Part shown: positions 38,766 through 52,442 of the stretch, piece by piece | Layout of the letters: the number at the start of each line of letters is the position of its first letter | Numbering within the stretch: the first letter of the stretch is position 1 | Assembly (NCBI GenBank): GCA_964016885.1 | Contig: OZ024741.1 | Location: forward strand, 327,794,001-327,858,000 | Length of the DNA: 64,000 nt | DNA from: Eledone cirrhosa | Lineage: Eukaryota | Direction: 5' to 3' | Notes under the pieces: model-generated | What the model saw: the letters and a program-made list of their open reading frames with translations, nothing else | What the model was told of the DNA's origin: nothing | The model's database searches: none | Program-made: the position numbers and the translations under genes

Positions 38766-39180
38766 TTATTATACATAGATTAACGATTTTATTTATTATA
38801 TATCATTTACAATTTGCGTATAGGCAGGTCTCTCTAGAAATATTTTTTTGGTGGGAGGGGGTGCTGAGTGTATTACGTGGCAGTATGGGTGGTGGTGGCC
38901 CCAAACGTTTGAGAACATCTGCTCTTCAGTATACATCGGCTGATTAGTCTAATATGCATACCGACCGGTATGCTAGCTTTGCCGAAAATCTTCCCAATGA
39001 GCAATAACCCAGAAACAATATTATTGTCGATTTATTCTCTCTGCGCCGCTAGACCAAAAGGATAACGATAATCGTCTAAATAGTTAATTGGGGCTGTTTC
39101 CTTGCAAACGAATCCAATATTATTATTATAATTGCTGGCCTTGTGCCTAAAGTAGAAACAATTATTATTCGATATAAAAA

Positions 39181-39365
39181 TGGTGGATATCGGTAGAGGG
39201 TCTGAAGCCATGCTTTGCAGCAAATAGTTACGGCCCTTTATGGTCTGAGTTCAAATCCCACCGATGTTAACTTTGCCTTTCATCCTTACGTGGTAGATAA
39301 AATAAAGTACCAGTAATACACTGGTATAATTGCTGGCCTTGTGCCAAAAGTAGAAATAATTATTA
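39181..39365 (+). mobile_element. tRNA-derived SINE
   Basis: Same family; an extra 3' fragment lies at 39128-39168. Confidence 0.85.
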
Positions 39366-40099
39366 TTTGATATAAAACTCACGAACGTATTTACGTATCC
39401 GCTATGTTAGAGCGAAAGCTAATTTTGTTGTTACATATGTATGTATATATATATCAAAAGTATATATTGAGTTAAAAACTCACAATAGTCCCTTATAATT
39501 AAAATAGCTGCAGGAAAAATGTTTCCGAGTCTTATAATATAATTTAGTATAATAAAGAGAGATCAACCCAGATATATGCATATATATGTTCAAATCATAA
39601 ACAGCTAGGGTGAATAAGTTACTAACTATGACCAATACGGTTTGCCAGACACAATTAAAAGAATGAATTAAGCAATACAAATCGAATAATGATAACTATC
39701 AACCCATTCAGACAGCCTTTGGTAGAACTGTTTCGTAACAAAGTGGAAAGTTACAAATCCGATTGCTCATCAGTGAATGTACTGATTAGTACTCCTTGCA
39801 CTGCTAAAAATCTTAGAAGACTAAATGAAGCAGTTGTTCTAAGAGAGGAAAAAAACGCACATGGCATTCAGTACATAGCATGTCCTGTAAAACGTAGATT
39901 ACTAAAAATAGCAGTCAGAATCACACGACATGTAAAAAGCTCGACAAAATTCAAAGTGCTGAGTTTATCAAAAGTATATATTGAGTTAAAAACCCACAAT
40001 AGTCCCTTATAACTAAAATAGCTCACACACACAAACACACACACAGACACACACATGCATACGCACGTGCACAAGTATAGCTCTTTATACAAAACAGTT

Positions 40100-40420
40100 T
40101 TTTTTCCATTTCAGGTAGACGCACTCCATCATCCACTTTCCTAAAAAAATAATCATACACAAAACGCCAGCATCAACAGTTTTCCAGATGTCAGCATGAA
40201 TGGACCTATTAATTTTAGCTAAAGACATATGTTCCAATTCCAACCCCCCCCCCCCCCCCCCCCGTCCCCTCAATCTATCTTATTTTTCATTCTTTCTGCT
40301 GGTGAAGGACTAGTGTCTGAAACGTTAAGACCCTCTTCCTCCTATATCAAGTGCTAACCTAATATATTCCTTCCATATACTGTACCGATTGTGTTGTTAT
40401 TTCTGTTTACCTTTTACATA
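40100..40420 (+). mobile_element. PLE 3' end with degenerate minimal hammerhead (family H2)
   Basis: CTGgTGA a ggac tagt gtct GAAA cgtt at 40299-40326; homologous to 28060-28380. Confidence 0.55.
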
Positions 40421-40539
40421 CATATATGTATACATATTTATATACATACATGTGTGTATATATACATATGTATATATATATATATATAAATATGTGTATA
40501 CCTATGTGTGTGTGTGTGTGTATATATTTATTTATGTAG

Positions 40540-40571
<32 letters not shown>

Positions 40572-40578
40572 TTGTGTA

Positions 40579-40641
<63 letters not shown>

Positions 40642-40693
40642 ACAGATATATATATATATTTATTAAAATAACAGATTAAAGTTTAAGGAAATG

Positions 40694-40783
<90 letters not shown>

Positions 40784-42319
40784 GAGACATACAGAAAATA
40801 AGAGAGGGAGAGAAGGAGGGGACGAGAGAAAGAGAGGGGAGAGTGAGAGAGTGAGTGAAAGATACAGGGAGGGAGAGAAGGGTTAGATATTCCGTATGAG
40901 ATCAATATGAATATTGAGGTAACTGACAGTGTTTATATAGCTTCCTATCTGAACATGCATCTTATAAATCTCCAACTTTTCAAATCTATTTAATCATGTC
41001 AACGCTAATATTTCTAATAATGAATCGGCCACAGTTTCCTTCATCAGTCGGGTGGAAAATTAAATATCTATTTTCCATAACTTTTCAAATACTTCAGCTA
41101 AAGCCATATGGAATTTATCCAATTTGATTAATACTACACACATTGATCACACATATGCAAATGAAAAATCCGAGCGTCTCTTAGGAAGGTTTCCTCTTTC
41201 TAAAACAACTTCAATTACTCCGCTTGAGATCAAATACTGTAGGACAAAAGTAAGACGTAGTAAACCGGTACTGGCTAGAGACTGTGCCTCGGTTACTATC
41301 ATATGATGATATTTGCTTAATTTTTACTTTAACTTGTATCGTAACAACCAGGACAGTGTTATATTTTTTCGTATTTATTTACTTGCTGTTTATTCTGGGA
41401 AGAATGACAGTGTCGATGGCATTCTCAATGGACCCTCGAGACGTTTGAGGTGCGGAATGATACTACCGATAAAACGAATTCATGTGTTGAATGCATGTCA
41501 CAGAAAACACTACACTAAAGATACCCTATGGCTAGGTAGTGCTGTAAAGCCGAGCATACAAAGATACTGTAAATCATATAGTCCAACGCTCTAAAGATTC
41601 CAATAATGTGCCGGTCGATATTTTATTGACACTTGAAGGATGAAAGTAAGAGATAGCCCTGATGGAGTTTAAATTAACAGCGTTAAGTATTAACACAAAT
41701 ACCACAAGATATTTTGTTTCATGCTTTAACGACTCTGCTAATTCGCAGCCTGTAATTTTAATTCATTAAACATGTTTTTCACACGCTTCACTGATTGTGT
41801 TAGCACCTACTTTAAAATATCCCATTTATCTTATCTCGTGAAAAAGAAACAGAAAATAAAACCACATCTGTCCTTTGTGACAAGTGCAGAATAAAATCAA
41901 TAATAAATGTAATGAGTTGGCATACTAATTAAATATTGCACTAAATATCTGTCCCTCAGCACACACAATTCAAATACCGATTGAATCAACTGGATTTCAA
42001 CGCATCCTAATCAATAATATAGGGACAAAATATATCCGAGGATCGGCATCTAATCTTTTAGATTTATCTAGAATTACATTATCAAATCTTTACATTAGAT
42101 GAGGCGTGGGGATTTAACATATATTTCACTGTTCTATCTAGGTATATACATGTATAATCATATATACGTGCATACACACACACACACACACACACCAGTA
42201 GAGGCGTTCTTTATGCGATGAAGATGGGGGACGACAACGACACATGAATAACAGTTTCAACATCCTATGCCATAAGTATGGTCTGGAGGTAGAAAATCAA
42301 ACTTTCCAGTTGTTGTCTT

Positions 42320-44815
42320 CCTGTTTCTTCTACAACTACAACGGTACGCGATGGGGCCCACCCACAGCCCCGGCGGATAGAATGGAGAAGGCGTTTCCCC
42401 GGACGACGCAAGGGAGACGCGCTGGAAAAGCCACTCCAACTCGCGGAGCTCACACCTGCGGCTGGCCAGCTCAGCGCCTATGGTGGTGAGTAAGGAGGTA
42501 GCCCTGGAGCCGAGGACTCCAGAAGTCTCCACTGCCAGGGGTACGACGGCAAACTTGTCGGAGAGCGACAGGTATTTGAAGAGTTTGGCCCCTCAGACCG
42601 ACGTGCAGCAGAACGTGGGTCAGTCACAGACTGCACCAGGTTGCAGTCGCAGAAAGTTTCGGTGCAAGTGGCATCCCAAAGGAGAAGATGATCATGCCAT
42701 CTAGCGTTTTGCCGTACTCTCGATCCATCTCCACCGGCTCAACCTGAGAAGGGAAGCCTGCAGCGTCCAAGCCATACTTAATGACCTCGTTGAGGGCAGC
42801 ATGGCGTGGAATGCGGCCGGGTTTGTGGCGGGTGGAGGACGAAAGAGTCTGTAGTGACCTACATTCCGCGGGCTCACATACATTCTCTGTGCGTGATTTG
42901 GCTCAGTTCAGCCAATCAGCGCCAGTAGAAGAGGATGTATCCCTACGCGCCCTGAGGAAGAAATTCACCGCGAAGATTTGAAGAATCTCGCTCTTGTACC
43001 AGAAACTTCGAGCCAGCAACACGCATAATGTAACAGTGAGATATTGCACCACTAGCCTCGCCGGCTTAACGGCGCAATGGTACATTCCATTTTGTAACCT
43101 CTTTGTATCTGTAACTTCAACCATATAAATAAACAGACATTTCATCCCTAATTACTGCTGTTGGAGTCGTTGTTATGTTACTCGTGTCTCAATGACATCT
43201 TTAGTCCATGCTGCGGGAATTGGCGACCTGACGAAAGGAATATTGTAAATAGATGGTAAATAGATCGAGGGACCTTCCCTCACGTCTATGTCAACAAGAT
43301 AATCCAACGAGGATACTACCACTTACCACACTGGCAACTAACGACCACTGATTCTACCACCCTGCTAAAGTGGCGATAGCATCTATAACTAATACTGCTA
43401 AATGTCCACGGTGGAACTGCAGCGACATTGGTGTAGCTGGCAGAACCGGAGGGTGGATCTCAGGGAAACGCCGATGCGCAGGCTATGGTTGTCTAGCTGC
43501 GTGCCTGTGGAGAAGGAGGGCAGGGCATGTAGCCAGGTACCATTGTGGGGTTTGGAGGCCGCACGTAAACAAGCAAGGCGGTGTTGGTCGAGCTGGCCAT
43601 TGAGGCTGTCAGAGGCCAGGCTGCTCTGGATCTCATCCCAAGTGCGTTGCGGGGACTTGACGTCAACGGGTAAAGAAGTAGGAGAGACGTCTACCGGGCG
43701 AAGTCCCAGCCGGTCCCACGTCTCAAAGGCGGCCTCACGTTCTCTGAACACAGAGGGTTCTGTTGTGTTTTGAAAACCCTACTGACAAGGACGCGGCACG
43801 AGGTTAGCGACGAAACATACCCCGGCAAAGCATGTGAGATCGGGTACCGGAGGCCAAGGCGGCCTTACCTGACAGGTAATGTGACCTGTTGCCACCCTAT
43901 GTCGTTAAACTTGACGTTGCATATCTCGACAAAAGAGAGCTGGGTGGCCATCAATCAAGTCCAGTCGGCTCGTGAGAGTCTGGAGCTGTTGAAGTCTGGA
44001 CCTGATGGTGGAGCGGATGGTCGTCGGGTAGATCGGTGACCCGAGGATGAGGACATCCTCTTTGGGGGTCACCTGAACCTGGCGGATAATAGACCGCACG
44101 TTCAAGACGTAGGCTGCAAAGCTCGCAGCATCGAGGCTGACATTCACCACCTCCGACTTGGCCGAGTTGACCTGGAGGCCGATTACCACCAGGGCAAGAA
44201 CCACCGATTGAAGGTAATGGCAGACCGTACGTACGGGCCCGCCCAACGTAGCATCATCCAGATACCAAACGTTGTGAGGGGCCGTGATACTCCGGGCGAT
44301 GTGGTCAATACCAAGGGCGAACAGGAGAGGTCCAAAAGTTTCGCCCTGTTGGACCCCAGTAGCCGATGGTATGACAGTATCAGCAGTAAGGAGCATGCTC
44401 GGGGCTCCATACGACAGGTAGGCCAGCGGGTATGCAGAGGGGGCTCGGGTGAGGCAGACCTCGAGCAGATGACCCCGTCCTAAAGAGTTGAGGGCATTCC
44501 TCATGTCAAGCTTGACAATGAGGTGCCTGGAGTCCCTGGATGCCGGTCCGGATGGGCAGCTGTTGAAGAAATGTTGACGAACATTGGAAGCTCGACGAGT
44601 CAAGCCAACGAAGGTGAGGTGGTGGAAGCAGCCGCACCCCAAACACTTCCGGCCCCTCTTCCGTTTGTTAGTGTTTCTACAAGTGCTGCAGGTGTCGGCT
44701 TGGAGGGATGGGTTATGGGGCGTGGAGCCGGGGACTGGGGAACCGAGCGGCTTCAGGGGTGGGTGGGTGTCTGGCGTGTGTGTGGGGGAAGGGAAAGTGA
44801 TGGTAAGTGTGTTAC
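42320..44815 (-). mobile_element. CRE-clade non-LTR retrotransposon (RT plus RLE), internally deleted and interrupted
   Basis: VKLDMRNALNS, GVQQGETFGPLLF, WYLDDATLGG, GTWLHALP, RHAALNEVI, METSGVLG..WLFQRVSLA; GC-rich island. Confidence 0.85.
42863..43402 (+). mobile_element. LTR-like segment with primer-binding-site-like motif, inserted in the CRE element
   Basis: Interrupts the CRE frame between STVD and VGH; CCAAT, AATAAA, then tggcgacctgacga at 43221 resembling a Gypsy PBS. Confidence 0.5.
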
Positions 44816-44964
44816 CGTGAGAAATACGAAGCCCTACGACAATAAATATACCAACCGCCGACATCAAATATATGACATCTAAATCCATTTCAGAAAAACT
44901 CAAACTAATTTAAAGAAATTAAGAGAATAAATAAACTAATTTTATGTTGAATCGCTCGCTCGCT

Positions 44965-45400
44965 ATCATTCCATCCTCATATCTAAGAGTCTTGGACATA
45001 CGGACAAGCACCCTCCATCATTTCCTTCTCTTGCCATTGCCATACATTCTGCCAAGCTCCTTCCTGTCTATTTCTCAATATCATCTATCCAACTCTTCTT
45101 TTCTGCCGTCCTCTGGCCCTTTTCCCTTGTATTCTTCCCTCAATGATGTGGGTAGTCAAATTTTGGGCCCTAATGACATGATCAAAATACAGAAGTTTAC
45201 TTTTCTCTACTGTTTCAAACAACTGTTGATTGGCATTATTCTCTTCCAGGACAGATTCATTTTTTCTGTCAGCTGTCCAGCTAATTCTAAGTGCACGCCT
45301 ATAGCATGACATTTCAAACGTGGTCAGTCTTTTCAAGCCAGATGCCTTTAAAGTCCATCACTCACGACCATATAGAGTTACCGGCCGCCACACTAATGTT
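44965..45400 (-). mobile_element. RTE/RTE-X LINE 3' fragment
   Basis: RLTTFEMSCYRRALRISWT..KLLYFDHVIR..IIEGRIQGKRARGRQKRR. Confidence 0.85.
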
Positions 45401-46598
45401 TAACCAATACATACAAAATATATATCGATAATGTTTCTCAGTACATAGCTCATTAAACTTCGCAGCCTCAATAATATAAGTATATACGATGTATCACAGG
45501 ATATATCCATTCAGAAAAAAAACAGTATTTTGTACATACGCTACTTTTTTCCTAAAATAAAACTCGAAAATTTACCACGCGTCCTGGAAGCCGAAAGTTG
45601 TTTATTATTTTTTTTTTCAAATGTTTGGTTGTCAAAATTAGGGGGCATCCTCGAAGACAAAGCATCTTTTGCGCCGGGAAATACGGTATATAGAACAAAT
45701 AATATGTCGATTTAAATATAAATTTAAAAACATACACCTAAGTGTTAAAGTGGACTACATTTTCATAATCAGATCTGCTTCTAGAAATCAAAATAGTAAT
45801 GCTAACCGTATTGAGCTTTGTACTAAGAAACATTACCAAGATATGTTAGTATTGATTAAACCTAAAATTAGCTTATTTACTCCTAATTTTTCGAAATTAC
45901 TTTTAGCTGTTTGAAAAGGATTCACCTGGAGCACTTTCTAGCACTCCTTAAGGTCTGTCCTGTTTTATCTACCCTTCCATAAAACGTTTACGTTACACCA
46001 TGTAGAGATAATTTTTTGAAATTCTTACATGGGTAGATGTCAAGTAATTCAATACAGTATGATATATATATATATATAACAAGAAAATTGGTGATCGATA
46101 CTAACGAAGGTTATAATTTCTCTTTTGATTTCCAGAAACAGATCACTCTATGAAAGTATATATTACAGAGCTATTTAATTAGAAAGAGAACAACACAATA
46201 TATAACTGCTCCATTACCAAATGTTTCAGGACACTAGACAATATTAACATACGTCTAGGTCGCTCATCAGAAAGTACATTCCACATTAACGCCTAGAAAT
46301 ATGTATTTGAATTTTCATATGAATTGTTCTATTACTAGTTTGTATTTCAATTGATATAATCCGCTATATATCGTTTATACTTATATTATGGATGTTCTGA
46401 ACAGACGTCTATTGGGTTTTGCACTGAGAAAAATTATCGATATATATTTTACATGCATTGCTTTAAACGAAATTTAGCTTATTTCTACACTTAATTTGTC
46501 TAAATTAAATTTATTTGTTTAAGATGGATTCAGCTGGAACACGTTCTAGCATCCCTTAAGATCTGTCCTATTTTATCTACCCTTACCTTCCCTCTCTT

Positions 46599-46644
<46 letters not shown>

Positions 46645-46662
<18 letters not shown>

Positions 46663-46703
46663 CATTTATTAAATTTATTATTATTACTATATATATATAT
46701 TAA

Positions 46704-46769
<66 letters not shown>

Positions 46770-46810
46770 TTAATATATATATATAGTAATAATAATAAAT
46801 TTAATAAATG

Positions 46811-46825
<15 letters not shown>
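46645..46825. repeat. Perfect AT-rich palindrome centred on (TA)n
   Basis: tacatatacatttattaaatttattattattacta... mirrored by ...tagtaataataataaatttaataaatgtatatgta. Confidence 0.85.
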
Positions 46826-46867
<42 letters not shown>

Positions 46868-47074
46868 ATATCCAAAATTAAATTAATGGAGTCATGTCTG
46901 AGACATGCGCTATATCCACCGTAGAATAAGCTCAAAGATTCCAACGAATGTGTTTATTTTACATATATATATATGTCAATCACTTTCTTGTTGATATAAA
47001 ATGCTCGGATCTATACATTGGAATCTTTGAGCTTATTCTACGGTGGAAAATTGCGAACAAATATCGACCACACC

Positions 47075-47156
<82 letters not shown>

Positions 47157-47596
47157 TATATATATAATAGGTATAAATCGAAGTTTTAGTTGTTGTATAT
47201 ATATATATATACAGTAGACCCTCGGTATTCGCGGCAGTTGCATTCCTACCGCACACTCAAAGTGCGAGAAACTGCTAATTTTGGGATTGGTCCATAAAAA
47301 TGCCTATAAATCTCAAAATATAACGTCAAATATAATGAAATAAGAGGGACCGTCTTATATAAAGGACCGTCGATTAGGCCGGCAAATACGGTATATTGTT
47401 ATCAATAATTTAGCATTAACAAAAAAACTTATTGCCACGAAAAAAGGCATTAAAATAATCACGGAAGATGCTTACAATTCCGCGAGTATGCAGGTGTTTG
47501 CACAAACAATTATTAGTAGGTACTAAGGAAAATTCCGTCAGTAACCTGGGCAACGAGTGTCTGGAGCCCGAATGCCGGGGCTACACTGTATATATA

Positions 47597-47661
<65 letters not shown>

Positions 47662-47709
47662 CATATATATGTATATATATATATACACACACACACATAT
47701 ATGTATATA

Positions 47710-47794
<85 letters not shown>

Positions 47795-47945
47795 TTATAT
47801 ATACAACTATAAACAGGAAAGGTCAGTAATTCATTACTGACCTTATTACCAGTAAGAAAAATACCTCAATGTAAATACATCAGATGTTTTACACAGCAGG
47901 AATATAAATTCCACAATAATCAAAACTATGTTCAAAACATGTTAT

Positions 47946-47993
47946 TGCTGACAATTGTTTCTTCCAAACTTTCGATTGGAGTTCATCGGAGTA
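47946..47993 (-). ncRNA. Minimal hammerhead motif (family H3), U4C variant
   Basis: act CCGATGA ac tccaa tcgaaagt ttgga a GAAA caattg TC agc; palindromic helix III ACAATTGT. Confidence 0.55.
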
Positions 47994-48816
47994 CTAGCAA
48001 AGTGTGGACATATAATTACCTTCTATTCAACTGAACAATCATATAGATACATGGATATTAATGTTGTCATCAACAGTTTCATATTTACAGGGTGGAATAT
48101 ATATGACAGAGATTACAAGAGAATTGTATAATAATTAGAGAGGTACAGAGTGGAATGCATGTGACGGAGATTACAAGAGAATAGTCTAATATTTAAAGAG
48201 GCATTAAGGCAGAAAGTTACTCATAAAACGAGGACATTAGCATTACATATGCAAGCGTATAGAGAGTGCAAATGCGTTAGGCATATACAGGACAGCTAGG
48301 TAGGAAACAAGCAATGGTACTAGGCATACATAATTACTGTATGGTAAAGGTATCACATAAAATAACACAGATTTACAAGCATATCAAGCAGACAAAGATA
48401 TTTGCGTATTACAATTATGAGTTTATGGTGGATGTAGTGCGATAATTATTTCTGTAATGTTCAAATATGCATGTGTTGAGAGTATTAATACTATTGTTTT
48501 CTTTTCCATTACATTGGTTATATTTTATTTAAGTGAATGTTTATAATTAGTTACAGCTATGGATTGTATATTGGTCCTATTATACTGTTATCCAGAGTTC
48601 GAGTTCGAGTGATTCTTCCAACGGTTTAATTTCGGGAAGTTAGTTTGAGATCTATATTAAGGAGAGCTAATGTGAATGGGGAGGTAATTAACGATTATCA
48701 TAATTTGTATATGATAGAGAAAAATAGAAAAAAAGGTATAGTTGTTTACAGCTCCAATTGGTTAAATTCCCTGTGCTAATATACATTATATTGTGTTACA
48801 TGTGAATCCCTTTTAT

Positions 48817-49002
48817 ATAATTGTTTCTACTTCTTGGCGCAAGGCCAGCAATTACCCAGTACATTACTGGTATTTTATCGACCCCGTAAGGATGAAAGGC
48901 AAAGTAAAGCTCGGCGGGATTCGAACTCAGAATGGCAAGGGCCGTAAATCTATGCGTCAAAGCATGGGGTCCGACTCTCTGCCGATACTGCCAATCCACC
49001 GC
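48817..49002 (-). mobile_element. tRNA-derived SINE with TSD aatcccttttatataat
   Basis: Full A/B boxes; direct repeat on both sides. Confidence 0.88.
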
Positions 49003-49082
49003 CAATCCCTTTTATATAATGCTATTTATTTATATTTAATTTTAAATACAATCTATTTTCCTATAATACATTAAAGGTCTCA

Positions 49083-49270
49083 GGTGGATTGTCAGTATCG
49101 GTAGAGGGTTAGACACCTTGCCTTGCAGCATAGATATACGGCCCTTGCCAATCTGAGTTCAAATCCCGCCGATGTTAACTTTGCCTTTCATCCTTACGGG
49201 GTCGATAAAATAAAGTACCGGTAATACAGTGGGATAATTGCTGGCCTTGTGCCAAAAGTAGAAACCATTA
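49083..49270 (+). mobile_element. tRNA-derived SINE
   Basis: ggtggattgtcagtatcggtagagg..ctgagttcaaatcccgcc..ggccttgtgccaaaagtagaaac. Confidence 0.88.
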
Positions 49271-49407
49271 TATTGTTATCTATCCATTACTGAATGAAAT
49301 ATAATTAAGCTATAGAAAAAATGTATAGTTGTTTACAGCTCCAATTAGCTAACTCTCTTGTTTTATTAATATACATTATATTATGTTATAAGTGAATCCC
49401 TTATATA

Positions 49408-49572
49408 TAATTGTTTCTACCTTTGGCACAAGGCCAGCAATTAGCCAGTGCATTACTGGTACTTTATTTTATCGACCCCGTAAGGATGAAAGGCAAAGTT
49501 AGCCTCGGCGGGATTTGAAATCAGATCATAAAGGGAGGCGTCCGACCCTCTACCGATACTGCCAATCCACCT
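49408..49572 (-). mobile_element. tRNA-derived SINE with small internal deletion
   Basis: Same family; lies in a local duplicate of the 48735-49080 segment. Confidence 0.85.
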
Positions 49573-49924
49573 TATATATAATGCTATTAGTTTATACATT
49601 TAATTATAAATACAATTTATTTTCCTATAATACATTAAAGGTCTTATTATATTATTACGTATCCATTACTGAATAAAATATAAGTAAGCTATAGTAGTTA
49701 TATTAAATGGTGGTATATTTATGTTTATTCCTAATAGCTATTGTAGAGTTTGAGACAAATAGGAGTCAAGTAGAGGAATGATCTGATCATAGAGTGTGAT
49801 GCTGCGGGCGTAATTATATGCTGATAAGACCTAAAGGTGAAGTGTTAATGGTGGTGAGGAATCCAAATCTACCATTGTTATATACTAGCAGCAAGGTTTA
49901 AAGTTATGGAAAGAGTGTCGGTGG

Positions 49925-50880
49925 TAGTGTTGACACATAGAAAAAAATTCAGATTTTCTATTTAAGAGGTTTAGTTAAGAATGGATTATAGTGCGGGTCT
50001 CTAGAAGACAGAGGTTACATAATTTATTCGGTGGTTTATACGATGCGGCCCTATTTATTACTTCCCATTGAAGTGTATATGGTCTATTCCTAGTTTTCAG
50101 AGATTGTATCTAGTTAGATAAAGAAGTGGAGTTGGCTAGAATGTGATTTTTGAAAGTGTGGAGATGCGAGTTATATCTCATCTTGAAGCAGTTCGAAGTA
50201 GAACTGATATATGTTTTTGAAGATTTGTTTGACTGTGCATGAATAAATGATGTTTTTGATTAAGAAATTTTTACCTAAAGGGCAAGTTCTATTTGTTTTA
50301 CAGTTACAGTTATTCTGTTTGTGTGCTTGCCGGTTACTATTTTGTGTAGATGTATGGTTGTTAGGGATATCATTATGGTAATGATGGTTATCATTCTCAT
50401 TGTTATTAATTTCATTAGTGCTTTACGTCCCTTTACGATCTGAGTTCAAATCCCGCCGAGGTTGACTTGCCTTTCATCCTTACGGGGTGGATAAAATAAA
50501 GTATCAGTAATGCTATGGATAATTGCTGGCCTTGTGCCTAAAGTAGAAACAATTAATTGCATTAGTGCTATTACCATCATTATTATTGCTACTAGAATTC
50601 TCTGGTACTATGTTGCGATGTAAGTTTACCCCCTGCTGTGATTTAATTAGTTGGAAATAATTATTAATCTTCCTTTTATTACTACTAGCTATATGGTATG
50701 CTATGTTAGGTGTGGTAGAGTGATAGATTTTAATGGTATTTTTATTGATAAGATTATGGTATTTGTGGCCTACTTGGAAGTTGTTTTCTAGGATTGAGAA
50801 GAAAGCTTTAGGCAAGTTGGTAGAGACGTTTAGATTGAAAGCGGGATTGAAACCGGTATTAATTCTTCTTCTATTTTTGT
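49925..50880 (-). pseudogene. PLE linker plus GIY-YIG endonuclease, with stops and frameshifts
   Basis: Manual translation gives the motifs listed for 47830-51050; a SINE is inserted at 50421-50556. Confidence 0.85.
50421..50556 (+). mobile_element. tRNA-derived SINE, 5'-truncated
   Basis: Same family, inserted in the PLE ORF; tgcattagtgct-like direct repeats flank it. Confidence 0.85.
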
Positions 50881-51410
50881 TTTTTGTAATGTTATTTAAG
50901 GTATTGTTTATATTTCTGTTTATATTATTATTGGGGTGTTTATTCTGGTGCGAGTTAAGTTTGATATTAGAGTTAGAGAGGCTAGTACTTATATTATTTT
51001 TCCTCATGGCCATATGGTGAGAAATAATGTTGTAACTAGATGATTTTATATGTATATATATATATATATACATTTGAAAGGAATAGACACATAGAGAATG
51101 AATGAGAGAGCTCAGTTGGCGTAAAGATAAAGAGAAGCAAAGAATGACATTATATAACGCGTGATGAAGCATATGATACAATTATTTCTACATAAGTCTA
51201 TGTTTCTAGTTTGGCTTCAAATCAAACAAAGTATAGCGCTATAGAGACCGCCCCCTGTCTCAGAAAACATGCTGCTTTAACAAGCAAATAGTCTTGATTT
51301 CGGCATAGTTGGGCGATATTCAAATCATGTGAAGTTGATAAATTAATAAATATCCACCATGCACTTTCCAGAATAGTTATGCACACACAGAGAAAGACAC
51401 ACCCATACGC

Positions 51411-51487
<77 letters not shown>

Positions 51488-51545
51488 ATTATGTATGTAT
51501 ATCGATATGAGTATATATATATATATGTGTGTGTGTGCGCGCGTG

Positions 51546-51578
<33 letters not shown>

Positions 51579-51579
51579 A

Positions 51580-51648
<69 letters not shown>

Positions 51649-51829
51649 ATTCTGAATACAACTTTGGGTCATGTAAATTTGGCACATTATGAGTAGAACC
51701 AAAATTGGGTATTGAAACCGTAAACGACCAAACTAGTTAATTAAATCTATGGAAGTAAAGATTTTCCGTAAAACTATTTAGAGATGGGATTGAGGTTTTT
51801 ACGTGGTAGTAAATCTAATTACTATTGTG

Positions 51830-52130
51830 ATCGGTAGGCCATCGATCTCCGCCTGGAACATATTTTGTGTCAGCTGGTGATGGTGGTATAACGTGTGCGG
51901 AGGATGTGCAGATCTGAACGAGAGTGCCAGTCTTGTATGCAGTGAATTCTTTTGAAGATTCTCTTCTCAGTTGTGACTGCATTGCCCTTTCTTCATGCAC
52001 GCTTTTCTTTAATGGAAAGTTTCTGTTTTTCTTTCCTTTGCTCCCTCACCTTGCGTCTTATTCGTCTCCATCGTGGGCACTCATTAGCGTTCCTACCATC
52101 TCTGGATATCCAGATCAATTGACTTCATAT
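51830..52130 (-). mobile_element. RTE LINE 3' end
   Basis: DMKSIDLDIQRW..RWRRI..KEKRA.RK..DWHSRSDLH, matching the RTE C-terminal C2H2-like region. Confidence 0.6.
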
Positions 52131-52231
52131 CTCCACTGCTTAGTGTATGGAAAATGAGATGGAGAGCGCAGGTGTAACTTGTTAGATAGGATCATCGAAA
52201 ATATTTTTGCATTAGTTGTACACTCTAAGGG

Positions 52232-52442
52232 TGGTGGATTGGCACTAAATGGCAGAAAGTTGGACCACATGCTTTACAGCATAGAGTTACGTCCTTTACG
52301 AGTTCAAATGCCGCTGATATATGCTTTGTCTTTCATCCTTACAGGGCCGATAAAATAAACTATCAGTAACGCACTAGGTTCAATTGAATTGCCTTTCCCC
52401 TCCCCACAAATTGTTTGCCTGTGCCTTTCTCAGAAACAATTA
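52232..52442 (+). mobile_element. Diverged tRNA-derived SINE
   Basis: ggtggattggcac..gagttcaaatgccgc..ctttcatccttacagggccgataaaataaa. Confidence 0.75.

Larger units (their letters stand above)
37461..38921. mobile_element. hAT-type MITE with nested insertions
   Basis: TIRs cagatgttctcaaa / tttgagaacatctg; 8-bp TSD ctctacag / ctcttcag. Confidence 0.85.
47830..51050 (-). mobile_element. Penelope-like element (Neptune-like GIY-YIG) 3' portion with long 3'UTR, hammerhead and four SINE insertions
   Basis: RRINTGFNPAFNLNVSTN..INKNTIKIYHS; CNCKTNRTCPL; KTYISST..FKMRYNSH..CNLCLLE..LLNRKSE..C.H; hammerhead at 47946-47993; assignment of the long 3' region to this element is inferred. Confidence 0.75.

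Noticed and set aside
46222-46280. CUGAUGA...GAAA on the minus strand
   Set aside because: Helix II is plausible but I could not find convincing helix I or III pairing
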